Positions 25,751 to 33,877 of a stretch of 36,754 bases of DNA are shown in pieces. A program made the position numbers and the translations under genes. The DNA lies in NCBI GenBank assembly GCA_937926555.1, contig CALAZX010000199.1, positions 1 to 36,754 on the forward strand. Direction: 5' to 3'. Position 1 is the first letter of the stretch, and every line of letters begins with the position of its first letter. The notes below the pieces were generated by a model, which worked only from the letters and a program-made list of their open reading frames with translations, made no database searches and was not told the DNA's origin. Source of the stretch: an uncultured Negativicutes bacterium (GTDB lineage: Bacteria > Bacillota > Negativicutes > Acidaminococcales > Acidaminococcaceae).

Positions 25751-26995
25751 ATGGAAGTCATCGGCATCACAGCAGAATACAACCCCTTCCACAACGGCCA
25801 CGCCCGCCAGCTGGAACAGGCCCGGGCACATTTCGGGGACTGCCCTGTGGTCGCCGTCATGAGCGGCAGCTTCGTCCAGCGGGGCCTGCCGGCCATCACC
25901 GACAAATGGACCCGTGCCGCCATGGCGGTGGAGGCCGGCGTGGACCTGGTCCTGGAGCTTCCCTCCGCCTATGTCCTCCGCAGCGCCGACTATTTCGCCG
26001 CCGGCGCGGTGCGCAGCCTGGCAGCCACCGGACTGGTGACCACCCTGGTCTGCGGCATGGAGACCCCGGCCTCCGGAGAGACGCCGGAAGCCCTGGACGG
26101 TCTCCCCGGTCTGGAGGAGACGGCCCGCTGCCTCCTCCTTCCCAAGACGGAGGCCCTGGCCGGAATCTTCCTGGACAACGGCGATGCCTACGGCACCGCC
26201 TGGAGCAAGGCCCTGGCGAAAGTGCTTCCCGGCGGGGAGCGCTTCCTGGAAGGGGCCAACAATATCCTGGCCCTGGCCTACCAGAAGGCCATCCTGCGGG
26301 ACGGGCTCCCCCTCCGTCTGCTTCCCTTCCCCCGTGAGGGAAGCGGCTACCTGGACAAAGAGATCCGGCCGCCCTACGCCTCCGCCACCGCCATCCGCAA
26401 AGCGGTGCTGGAGAAGACCGCGGGCAGGGAGCTGCTCAGCCAGGTCATGCCTGAGGCAAGCCTGGAGCTTCTCCGGGACGCCCTGCCGCCTCTGGCGGCC
26501 CGCAGCGGAATCATGCTCCGCGACCTGCTGGCCTACCTGCTCCTCTATAAAGACGGGGAGCATATCTACCGCCACACCAATGCCGACCGGGGCCTCTGCG
26601 ACCGGCTGCTGAAGTACAGGGACCGCCTGTCCCAGGGACTGGAGGAGTATATCCTGGCGGTGAGCAGCAAGCGCTATCCGCAGCCCGCCATCCGGCGGAC
26701 CCTGGTCCAGCTGCTCCTGGGCCGCACCCGGGCCTTCTGGAAAGCCCCGGCCCGGCCGGAATACCTGCGGGTGCTGGCCTTCAGCCACAGAGGCCGGGTC
26801 CTGCTGAGGACCATGAAGGAAACGGCCACCCTGCCGGTGATCACCAAGCTGGGCCGGCTGCCCCGTCCCGGCGAGGAGGGCCACAGCCCCCTGCTGGAGA
26901 CCGATGTGCTGGCCACCGACCTGCAGTCCCAGCTTCTGGGCCTGCCCGGCGTCTACGGGAGGGATTTCTTCACCTCTCCCCGCTACTGCCGCTGA
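25751..26995 (+). CDS. tmcAL: tRNA(Met) cytidine acetate ligase (YlbM/HIGH nucleotidyltransferase)
   Basis: AEYNPFHNGH, MSGSFVQRG, GVDLVLELP, NNILA and ASATAIR; AAGGAG RBS before ATG 25751. Confidence 0.9.
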   Translation: MEVIGITAEYNPFHNGHARQLEQARAHFGDCPVVAVMSGSFVQRGLPAITDKWTRAAMAVEAGVDLVLELPSAYVLRSADYFAAGAVRSLAATGLVTTLVCGMETPASGETPEALDGLPGLEETARCLLLPKTEALAGIFLDNGDAYGTAWSKALAKVLPGGERFLEGANNILALAYQKAILRDGLPLRLLPFPREGSGYLDKEIRPPYASATAIRKAVLEKTAGRELLSQVMPEASLELLRDALPPLAARSGIMLRDLLAYLLLYKDGEHIYRHTNADRGLCDRLLKYRDRLSQGLEEYILAVSSKRYPQPAIRRTLVQLLLGRTRAFWKAPARPEYLRVLAFSHRGRVLLRTMKETATLPVITKLGRLPRPGEEGHSPLLETDVLATDLQSQLLGLPGVYGRDFFTSPRYCR

Positions 26996-27029
26996 CAGGC
27001 CTTCCGGCCCGTCTCACAATAAAACACAG

Positions 27030-27097
27030 AAAGCCCGTTCCCACCGCTGTCGAATGCTCCACACGCTCGACAGCCATTGTGGAAACGGGCTTTTTTT
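27030..27097. terminator. Long hairpin terminator between convergent genes
   Basis: AAAGCCCGTT..GCTGTCGA / TCGACAGC..AACGGGCTTT followed by a T-run. Confidence 0.75.
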
Positions 27098-27241
27098 ATG
27101 CGGAGACCGTGAATGTCCCGCCACTCGTTCTCTTGCATACCGCAGACACACTTCTCCCGCGGTTCTTTCTCCGCACCGGTGGACACACATTCCCCCGGCA
27201 CGAGTTCCGCCCGGCATGGCATTGCCGGACAGTCCGGAAAA

Positions 27242-27883
27242 TCAGTCCTCTTCCCGGCGTTCCTCGGGGAAGGCCTCTTCCATGTCCATCATTTCCATTT
27301 CCCGGTCCCCTGCGGAAGCGGTGGCTTCGTATTCCCGCTCCATCTGCTCCCGTTCGCCGTTCACCAGGTCCCGGCTCTCATGCACCGCGTTCAATGCGGA
27401 AAGCAGGCGCTCGTCCAGGTAGCTGAGCATGCTCTCCTCCCAGGCCAGCAGGTCCTCCTTGTGGGCCCGGGCATACTCGTCGGCGGACTGGCGGATCTCC
27501 ATCTGCTCACGGATGGCGGTCTCCTTGATGTCCTTGGCCAGCACTTCGGCATGGGCCACAACCTCTTCCTGACGGGTCAGGCGCTCCGCCTCGGCTTTGG
27601 CGGCCTCCACGATATGGGTGGCCTCCTCGTTGGCCTTGGCCAGGATCTCCTCGGCCTTGGCGCGTGCGTCGTTGACAATGTTCTGCTGTTCCTCCAGCAC
27701 CTGGCTGGCGCTGCGCACTTCGCGGGGAATCGCATCCCGCAGTTCATCCATGATGCCCAGGAGCTCGTCGCTGTTCACCACGATTTTATAAGTCATGGGG
27801 ATGCCGGTGGCGCTCTCCACCAGGTGGTTCACTTCTTCGAAAAGATCTTCAATTTTAGCGTTCGTTCCAATTCTGTCCAACAT
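27242..27883 (-). CDS. Coiled-coil protein (DivIVA/SepIVA-like) downstream of coaD
   Basis: IP..KIVVNSDELL..LRDAIPREVRSA head then a long Ala/Glu-rich coiled coil; AGAGAGG RBS; neighbourhood as usually seen. Confidence 0.75.
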   Translation of the reverse strand: MLDRIGTNAKIEDLFEEVNHLVESATGIPMTYKIVVNSDELLGIMDELRDAIPREVRSASQVLEEQQNIVNDARAKAEEILAKANEEATHIVEAAKAEAERLTRQEEVVAHAEVLAKDIKETAIREQMEIRQSADEYARAHKEDLLAWEESMLSYLDERLLSALNAVHESRDLVNGEREQMEREYEATASAGDREMEMMDMEEAFPEERREED

Positions 27884-27985
27884 GGTATACCCCTCTCTGT
27901 CAACTGTCCTGTCTCGTCTGAAAGGCCGCCCTGTCACGGAGCGGCGATTCTCCCAATACTTTCTGTCAGCTATTTCTCACGCGTC

Positions 27986-28480
27986 TCAGCGTTTCTCTTT
28001 CTTCTTCATGTATTCCTCGATCAGCTCGGCCACAGCCTCCGGAACCAGCGCTCTGATGCCGCCGTCAAAAGCCAGCAGCTCCCGGACGCCGGAAGAGCTG
28101 ATATAGGAGTAATGGGCGTTTGTCATGATGAAGACCGTCTCCAGGTTCTCGTTGATCTTCTTCAACAGCAGCGCCCGCTGGAACTCATATTCAAAGTCGG
28201 TGAAAGCCCGCAGGCCTCTTACCACGAAAGGAGCCTTCTCCTTCTCGCAGAACTCGTTGAGAAGTCCGCTGTAGCAGGTCACCTTCACATTGGGAAGATG
28301 GGCGGTGGCCTTCTTCAGCATCTCCACCCGCTCCTCAGTGGTGAACAGCGCCTTCTCCTTGCCGGGATTGTAGAATACGCAGACGATAATCTCGTCGAAC
28401 ATCCGGCTTGCACGCTCGATAATGTCAATATGTCCAATGGTAACCGGGTCAAAACTGCCCGGACAGATTGCTTTCCGCAT
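27986..28480 (-). CDS. coaD: Phosphopantetheine adenylyltransferase
   Basis: PGSFDPVTIGHIDII, VRGLR..DFEYE and ISSS motifs. Confidence 0.97.
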   Translation of the reverse strand: MRKAICPGSFDPVTIGHIDIIERASRMFDEIIVCVFYNPGKEKALFTTEERVEMLKKATAHLPNVKVTCYSGLLNEFCEKEKAPFVVRGLRAFTDFEYEFQRALLLKKINENLETVFIMTNAHYSYISSSGVRELLAFDGGIRALVPEAVAELIEEYMKKKEKR

Positions 28481-28601
28481 CTGTATCCCCCTTCACCGTT
28501 TCCGGTCAGAAAATTTTGATTAGCGTTCTACTTAAAGGATTTCTCCGGCAGCCGCCGGATATCCTTCAATACTTCTTGCTTTTTTCCCGTTTTTCCGGAA
28601 A

Positions 28602-29171
28602 TCATTCTCCGGCGGGAACCTCTTTCTTCAGGAAGGCCAGGAACGTCTCCCCGTACTTCTGGCTGCGGAACAGCTCATAGCCGGAAGGGACCAGTCCCTC
28701 CACCGGCTCATGGGCGGAATGCTCCACGATGATCCAGCCGCCGTCGCTCAGGATGGGCATGGTTTCCAGCTTCTTCAGCACCTTGGCGATCCAGCCCTTG
28801 TTGTAGGGCGGGTCGATGAAGATGAAGTCGAACTTGTCCCCCGCCTTGTGGAAGCGGCTGATGGCGCTCTCCGCGTCGCACCGGTTGACCCGGCACTCCC
28901 CTTCCGCACGGCACTTCCTGATGTTGCTCTCCACCAGCTGCAGCGAGATCCGGTTCTTGTCGGAAAACTCCACCCGGGACGCGCCGCGGCTCCAGGATTC
29001 CAGCCCCAGATTGCCGCTGCCGGCGAAAAGGTCCAGTACGGCGGCTCCCTGGATGCGGAAGCCGATGATGTTGAATAACGATTCTTTCACCCGGTCCGCA
29101 GTGGGTCTCACGTCGTAGTTCTTCGGGACGTTGAGATGCAGCCCCCGGGCTTTTCCTGTGATAATTCTCAT
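28602..29171 (-). CDS. rsmD: 16S rRNA m2G966 methyltransferase
   Basis: MRIITG, RPTADRVKESLFN, LDLFAGSG and DPPY motifs. Confidence 0.96.
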   Translation of the reverse strand: MRIITGKARGLHLNVPKNYDVRPTADRVKESLFNIIGFRIQGAAVLDLFAGSGNLGLESWSRGASRVEFSDKNRISLQLVESNIRKCRAEGECRVNRCDAESAISRFHKAGDKFDFIFIDPPYNKGWIAKVLKKLETMPILSDGGWIIVEHSAHEPVEGLVPSGYELFRSQKYGETFLAFLKKEVPAGE

Positions 29172-29282
29172 AACAAGCCGGTAATCCGGCAATTCCTCCT
29201 GTATCATGGATCTTCCGGAAAATCCCTGTTCCGGAAAAAAGTCTGCTTATTATAGTTCTATACTACTTATTATATCTTTTTT

Positions 29283-29311
29283 ATCATACAACAAATAGCG
29301 CCGTTTGTCAC
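29283..29311 (-). promoter_or_regulatory. Candidate rsmD promoter
   Basis: GTGACA, 17 bp, TATGAT on the minus strand. Confidence 0.5.
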
Positions 29312-29379
29312 TTTCAACCGTGGAAAAAAGCGGCTTTCAGCGATTTTTTGCTTTTTCCAAAAAAACTTGATTTTTCCAT

Positions 29380-29408
29380 TTGACAAACCCTGAAATATCA
29401 TTTATAAT
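29380..29408 (+). promoter_or_regulatory. Consensus promoter of the tRNA gene
   Basis: TTGACA (29380-29385), 17 bp, TATAAT (29403-29408), with an AT-rich UP region. Confidence 0.9.
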
Positions 29409-29442
29409 AATCACGTTGCATAAATACAGCAACAACCCACGT

Positions 29443-29519
29443 CGGGGCGTGGCGCAGCTTGGTAGCGCGCTTGTTTCGGGTACAAGAGGCCGTGAGTTCG
29501 AATCTCGCCGCCCCGACCA
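29443..29519 (+). tRNA. tRNA-Pro (anticodon CGG)
   Basis: 77 nt; acceptor stem CGGGGCG/CGCCCCG; anticodon arm CTTGT-TTCGGGT-ACAAG; GTTCGAATC T-loop; encoded CCA. Confidence 0.97.
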
Positions 29520-29533
29520 CTTTTAAAAACAAT

Positions 29534-29559
29534 GAACCGTGATGCGGTTCTTTTTTTTT
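29534..29559 (+). terminator. tRNA terminator
   Basis: GAACCG-tgatg-CGGTTC followed by T9. Confidence 0.85.
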
Positions 29560-29635
29560 GCCTTTTTGTCACTTTGTGTATATATCCGGACTCCATCAGG
29601 CATATATTTCCGGTACTTTTTCCCACCTGTCTTTT

Positions 29636-29678
29636 TGTACCAAAGTCTGTACCAAAGTTGTAAGACATCTGTAAGACA
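29636..29678. repeat. Two pairs of short direct repeats (TGTACCAAAG x2, TGTAAGACA x2)
   Basis: Units at 29636, 29648, 29659 and 29670. Confidence 0.85.
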
Positions 29679-29741
29679 GAAACTGTTTTTCCCGGCCGGC
29701 ACACCTCCTCTTCCGAAACTCGCCGAAGTTGTTCCGAACAC

Positions 29742-29772
29742 AAAAAGACAGCGCCTCCAACGGCACTGTCTT
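29742..29772 (-). terminator. Minus-strand terminator-like hairpin
   Basis: Minus strand GAAGACAGTGCC-gttgga-GGCGCTGTCTTTTT. Confidence 0.6.
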
Positions 29773-29823
29773 CATTATGGTCATCATGCAATTTGTCACT
29801 AAAAGCCTCATGCAACCTATCAC

Positions 29824-29860
29824 GCACGCAATCCGGCACCTGCCGCCCGCGTGCTTTTTT
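29824..29860 (+). terminator. Plus-strand terminator-like hairpin with no upstream CDS
   Basis: GCACGC...GCGTGC followed by TTTTTTATTTT. Confidence 0.45.
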
Positions 29861-29899
29861 ATTTTCCGTTCCTTTAGGCCATCCGCTCCCTCACGTCCG

Positions 29900-30079
29900 T
29901 CACAGCATCTTGATCAGGATGCAGAGAAGCCCGATAAGCCCTATCAGACAGCCGCAACCTGCGGAGAAAGGACCACTTATCCCGATGCTTCTGCCAAGCT
30001 CCTCCCCTTTCTTGCCTCCGAAGAAAAACAGCAGACCGAATATCAGCATCACAGCCGTGCCAAATATCAACTTCATCAT
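29900..30079 (-). CDS. Small (59 aa) two-TM membrane protein
   Basis: GGGGGAGGAG RBS 6 nt before ATG 30079; MMKLIFGTAVMLIFGLLFFFGG...CGCLIGLIGLLCILIKML. Confidence 0.7.
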   Translation of the reverse strand: MMKLIFGTAVMLIFGLLFFFGGKKGEELGRSIGISGPFSAGCGCLIGLIGLLCILIKML

Positions 30080-30535
30080 AATACGCTCCTCCCCCACATC
30101 TTCCGAAACCGGCAGGTTCATGACCGATGACGGCAGGATTCCCTTTCCGTCCGGACATCTACCACTATGTATCCAGTATAAGCCTCGTAAAGGCAAAACT
30201 CAACCGCCACGGATTATCCGGCAGGCAGGTGCCCTCTTTTCCTACATTATAATGCATGGAAAATTCATGTGCGTCTTTCCAGTAGCAGTCCGCTGACCGC
30301 ATTGTCCTTTCTTCCCCGTCCACCGGTGCCTCCAGCCTGCCATCCGCACTCCTTCATCATCCCCGCTGCCCTGTGCCACCATCTGTCACGGCAATAGTGT
30401 ATAATGTAGATAAGAAGCATATCATCGCACCGGCCTACCCGCTGATGAATAGGAACACGGTTCCCCGTGGCTGCCGGTATGCCCAACTGCAGATATGACC
30501 ATCACCACCCGGATGAAAAGGAGGAAGATTGAGAC

Positions 30536-31138
30536 ATGACTACCATGAACTGGCACGACGAACTCCGACGCCGCATTGAGAAAAGTGGTCACGCCGTCCC
30601 TGCCGAAGTGACGGACTTCGCCAGGCAGAACGGCTATGACGGCGCCTATTACCTGACAGAATGGCGCGGCTGCAGCGACCTTCTCCACCTGCTGGAAAAA
30701 GGTTTCTACTCCGTCTATCAGCCCTATCGGGACACAGACGCCCCGCCTGTCACCGGCAATCCCGTGATGATTCTGGTGAAAGACGGGAAACTCCGCCTCA
30801 CGGAGCGCTACGAAGCGCTGGAAGTGATGAACCAGCTGTACAACAAAGAGAAAAACCAGGGGCTGGAGGATCTGAGCATCCATCCAATCCCCAAGAAGAT
30901 CTTCGATTTCGCCCGCGAGGACGATGAATATCTCACTGCCATCTATGAAGGTGAGTGGCGGGGATTCAAGGTCTACACGCCGATTGATTTCGACCCCAAT
31001 GTCCTCACGCTTACCGGACTGCCCTATGTGATCCTGGAAAAAGAAGGAGCGATCAGATGGTCCGGTCCCCAGGAGACCATGGATTACCTGGATTACCTGC
31101 AGGAACGCCGCAACAAGAACGGCAATGATGACAGATGA
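30536..31138 (+). CDS. Hypothetical protein with an internally duplicated ~80-aa domain
   Basis: AAGGAGG RBS; host-like codon usage; two copies of DFAR..Y..EWRG..VY.P..TG.P..IL.K.G..R; followed by a terminator. Confidence 0.85.
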   Translation: MTTMNWHDELRRRIEKSGHAVPAEVTDFARQNGYDGAYYLTEWRGCSDLLHLLEKGFYSVYQPYRDTDAPPVTGNPVMILVKDGKLRLTERYEALEVMNQLYNKEKNQGLEDLSIHPIPKKIFDFAREDDEYLTAIYEGEWRGFKVYTPIDFDPNVLTLTGLPYVILEKEGAIRWSGPQETMDYLDYLQERRNKNGNDDR

Positions 31139-31181
31139 ACCACCTCCGCGGTGAAGAAACGGACATATACATACAACGCAG

Positions 31182-31219
31182 AAAGGCTGCCCTCTTTGAA
31201 GAGGGCAGCCTTTTATTTT
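31182..31219. terminator. Bidirectional terminator
   Basis: AAAGGCTGCCCTCTT-tg-AAGAGGGCAGCCTTT followed by a T-rich tail. Confidence 0.85.
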
Positions 31220-31320
31220 CATGTTCATTTTTCATCTTTATTTCGCTTCTGTTCTTTATCTCCGCAACTTGTCATGTTATCGGTATCTTCTCACGCTGCG
31301 GTCACACCCGGTCTCCCCGC

Positions 31321-31740
31321 TCACTGTTTCTTCTTCGGGAACCAGATCCGCCCGAAGGAGTCCGTCTTGCCGCCGAAAGCCATGATGCCCTCGATGAAGC
31401 CCACAAAGGCCGGGATGCCGGTCCAGCAGAACAGCAGGTACACCACGCCCATGAAATACTTCCGGACCACGAACTTGTGGACCCCGATGCCGCCCAGGAA
31501 GATGGCCAGCAGCGCGTACAGAATCCGGTTGATCCAGATGCCGTCGCGGGTCTCCCAGATGAGCCCGTTGTTCTGACCGGCCTTGGGAATCACCAGGATC
31601 TTGTCGTCGGAAGCGTATACCTCCACCTCCTGCCCGATGGCAGGGCTGAAATCGAACACGCTCAGAGGAAGCTCTTTCATGCTGCCGTCCCCGAAGCCCA
31701 CCGTCACTCTCGTTCCTCTCACTTCGATAATTTTAGCCAT
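31321..31740 (-). CDS. TM2 (NINE) domain membrane protein with small N-terminal beta domain
   Basis: LLAIFLGGIGVHKF..G..YLLFCWTGIP...FIEGI TM2 signature; GGAGG RBS before ATG 31740. Confidence 0.88.
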   Translation of the reverse strand: MAKIIEVRGTRVTVGFGDGSMKELPLSVFDFSPAIGQEVEVYASDDKILVIPKAGQNNGLIWETRDGIWINRILYALLAIFLGGIGVHKFVVRKYFMGVVYLLFCWTGIPAFVGFIEGIMAFGGKTDSFGRIWFPKKKQ

Positions 31741-31889
31741 GAATACTTCCCTCCGTTTTCCTTTATTTTCCATACTTTGTCATTCTTCAGAGTGCGGTAT
31801 CCGCCATACCGGATCTTCCCGCGCCTCACTGTCAACCGAGGCCCGGCTTCCGGGCTTCCTCCGTTCCGCCTGCCCGGCATGGCCCGCTG

Positions 31890-32204
31890 TCACAGGGCCA
31901 GGATGTACTTGGGCCGGGAGAACAGGTAATAGACGCTTTTCTCGTCCAGCTGCGTCTCCTCCAGCCTCTCCTCCGCCTGCCGCAGCAACGCTTCCGGCAG
32001 GGTGTCCCCGCTGTCCAGCGCCTTCACGTCCAGCACTTTCAGGAACTCGTCGGGATACCGTTTCACCAGGATGGTCTTCCGTGTTCCCGACAGGTCCACC
32101 ATATAAGCCAGTCCGTTGGCCATCTCGAAGACGATGCCCTCATCCTCCAGCCAGCCGTATACCCGCAGGTAGTCGCGGTTGGTGAAATCGAATGTCTTCG
32201 GCAT
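31890..32204 (-). CDS. Hypothetical protein (104 aa)
   Basis: CAGGAGGAG RBS; host-like codon usage; globular composition; no family recognised. Confidence 0.75.
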   Translation of the reverse strand: MPKTFDFTNRDYLRVYGWLEDEGIVFEMANGLAYMVDLSGTRKTILVKRYPDEFLKVLDVKALDSGDTLPEALLRQAEERLEETQLDEKSVYYLFSRPKYILAL

Positions 32205-32560
32205 GCCATCTCCTCCTGTCTGTCATCGCTGTTTTTTATTTAGTGTATACTTTTTCCTGCCCTTTTCCGGCAGTTTCACCGCGTTTTACCGGTTCCGGCA
32301 GGCTTTTTCCCGGACAAAGGGGGATTCTTCCCCTTATTGACAGTTTCGCCACGTTCCCCCTTTTTTCCTGCCTGTATTTTTTCAGCCTTTATACATTTTC
32401 TTACATTATATATAAATGTCCCGGCGGGTACACTAAACGTCCATCAGAAAATTCCCCCTTTTTTCTCTGTCATTGCCCCATACGGCCCGCGTGGGACAGG
32501 AACGTGTACGGAAATCCCCCTGTGATGGATAGGTTTATCAACAAAAAGCCCCGTCAAGCC

Positions 32561-32607
32561 TTGTTTTACGCATACACTAATGTTATAATTATTCCAAGTA
32601 GTGTATG
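32561..32607 (+). promoter_or_regulatory. Promoter with flanking inverted repeat
   Basis: TTGTTT, 17 bp, TATAAT (32584-32589) with TGn extension; CATACACTA (32571-32579) and TAGTGTATG (32599-32607). Confidence 0.65.
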
Positions 32608-32642
32608 TTGTTCACAAAATTTTTACATTGGAGGCGACCTGT

Positions 32643-33686
32643 ATGAAAAAAGCGTTACTGTTACTTGCTTCAACCCTGATGGCCCTCACCATGATCTTAG
32701 GTGGCTGTGGCGGCGGCGACAAGAAGGCGGATGCCCCGAAGGACAACGCCAAGGAACTCACCGTCTACACGGCTCGCAGTGAGAGTCTCAACAATGCAGT
32801 GATCCACAACTTCGAGAAAGACACCGGCATCAAAGTGAATGTAGTTGTAGCCGGCACCGGCGAAGTAGTGAAACGTGTGGCATCCGAGAAGAACAATCCT
32901 CTGGGTGACGTTCTGTGGGCAGGTTCCGAAGCTATGCTGGCTTCCCAGAAAGACCTGTTCGAGAAATACGTTTCCAAAGAGAATGACCACATGATGGACC
33001 AGTTCAAGAACACCACCGGTTACTTCACCCCGGCGTTCTCCGACCCCACCGTGATGATCGTGAACAAGGATCTGAAAGGGAACATGAAGATTGAAGGCTT
33101 TGCCGACCTGCTGAATCCCGCCCTGAAAGGCAAAATCGCATTCGGCGATCCGGTAAACTCCTCTTCCGCATTCCAGTCCCTGGTAGTTATGCTGTACGAC
33201 ATGGGCAATGGCGACCCCTTCAGCCCCGCAGCATGGGATTATGTTGACAAGTTCCTCAAACAGCTGAACGGCAAGATGGCCAACAGCTCCAGCCAGGTTT
33301 ACAAAGGCGTAGCCGGCGGCGAGTATGTTGTAGGCCTGACCTGGGAAGACCCCGCAGCCAACCTGGTGAAAAGCGGCGCTCCCGTAGAAGTCGTATTCCC
33401 GAAGGAAGGCGCTCTCTACGCTCCCCAGTCCGTGCAGATCATCAAGAACTGCAAACATCCCGAGAATGCCAAGAAATTCATCGACTACATGCTGAGCGAG
33501 AAAATCCAGAACCTGGTAGGCTCCACTCTGACTGTACGTCCTCTGCGTAAAGGTGCGAAACTGGCGGACTACATGACTCCGGCCGACAAGATCAAAGTAG
33601 CACCCAACTTCGACGAGAAATGGGTTTCCGAGAACAAGAACAAATTCACCAAGACTTTCAGCGAACATCTGGAAAAAACCATGTAA
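32643..33686 (+). CDS. ABC transporter substrate-binding lipoprotein (AfuA/FbpA/PhnS-like)
   Basis: Lipobox LGGC; FEKDTGIKV, DLLNPALKGKIAFGDP and ENAKKFIDYMLS; GGAGG RBS before ATG 32643. Confidence 0.9.
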   Translation: MKKALLLLASTLMALTMILGGCGGGDKKADAPKDNAKELTVYTARSESLNNAVIHNFEKDTGIKVNVVVAGTGEVVKRVASEKNNPLGDVLWAGSEAMLASQKDLFEKYVSKENDHMMDQFKNTTGYFTPAFSDPTVMIVNKDLKGNMKIEGFADLLNPALKGKIAFGDPVNSSSAFQSLVVMLYDMGNGDPFSPAAWDYVDKFLKQLNGKMANSSSQVYKGVAGGEYVVGLTWEDPAANLVKSGAPVEVVFPKEGALYAPQSVQIIKNCKHPENAKKFIDYMLSEKIQNLVGSTLTVRPLRKGAKLADYMTPADKIKVAPNFDEKWVSENKNKFTKTFSEHLEKTM

Positions 33687-33770
33687 TCCGGACCCGTTCC
33701 GGAGCTGCTGAATCCTGATAGGGTTCCGGCCTGGTTCTGAAAGTGATGTGCTTCATCGCTTGGTAAACAG

Positions 33771-33827
33771 AAATGGCGCTAATACAACGTGCGAACCAAT
33801 CGCATACCGTGTGTTAGCGCCGTTTTT
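33771..33827 (+). terminator. Intercistronic stem-loop or partial terminator after the SBP gene
   Basis: AATGGCGCTAATAC...GTGTTAGCGCCGTT followed by a short T-run. Confidence 0.6.
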
Positions 33828-33877
33828 AATCATCCCTGTCCCCTGCAGGAAATCTAGCTAAAAAAAGGAGAATCGGT

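Noticed and set aside
29411-29839. ORFs overlapping the tRNA and downstream repeats (29411..29839, 29596..29823, 29539..29802)
   Set aside because: They overlap the tRNA, terminators and repeats; no RBS; atypical composition
30188-30240. c-di-GMP-I riboswitch (AAAGGCAAA)
   Set aside because: Lacks the GAAA-capped stem and the GACGCAAA segment
30440-30520. Hammerhead ribozyme or fluoride riboswitch suggested by GCTGATGA
   Set aside because: No GAAA after a stem II for a hammerhead; no GGCGATG/GATG 5' element or pseudoknot order for a fluoride riboswitch
29520-32600. Intact prophage or ICE at tRNA-Pro
   Set aside because: No integrase, structural or conjugation genes and no duplicated tRNA 3' end seen
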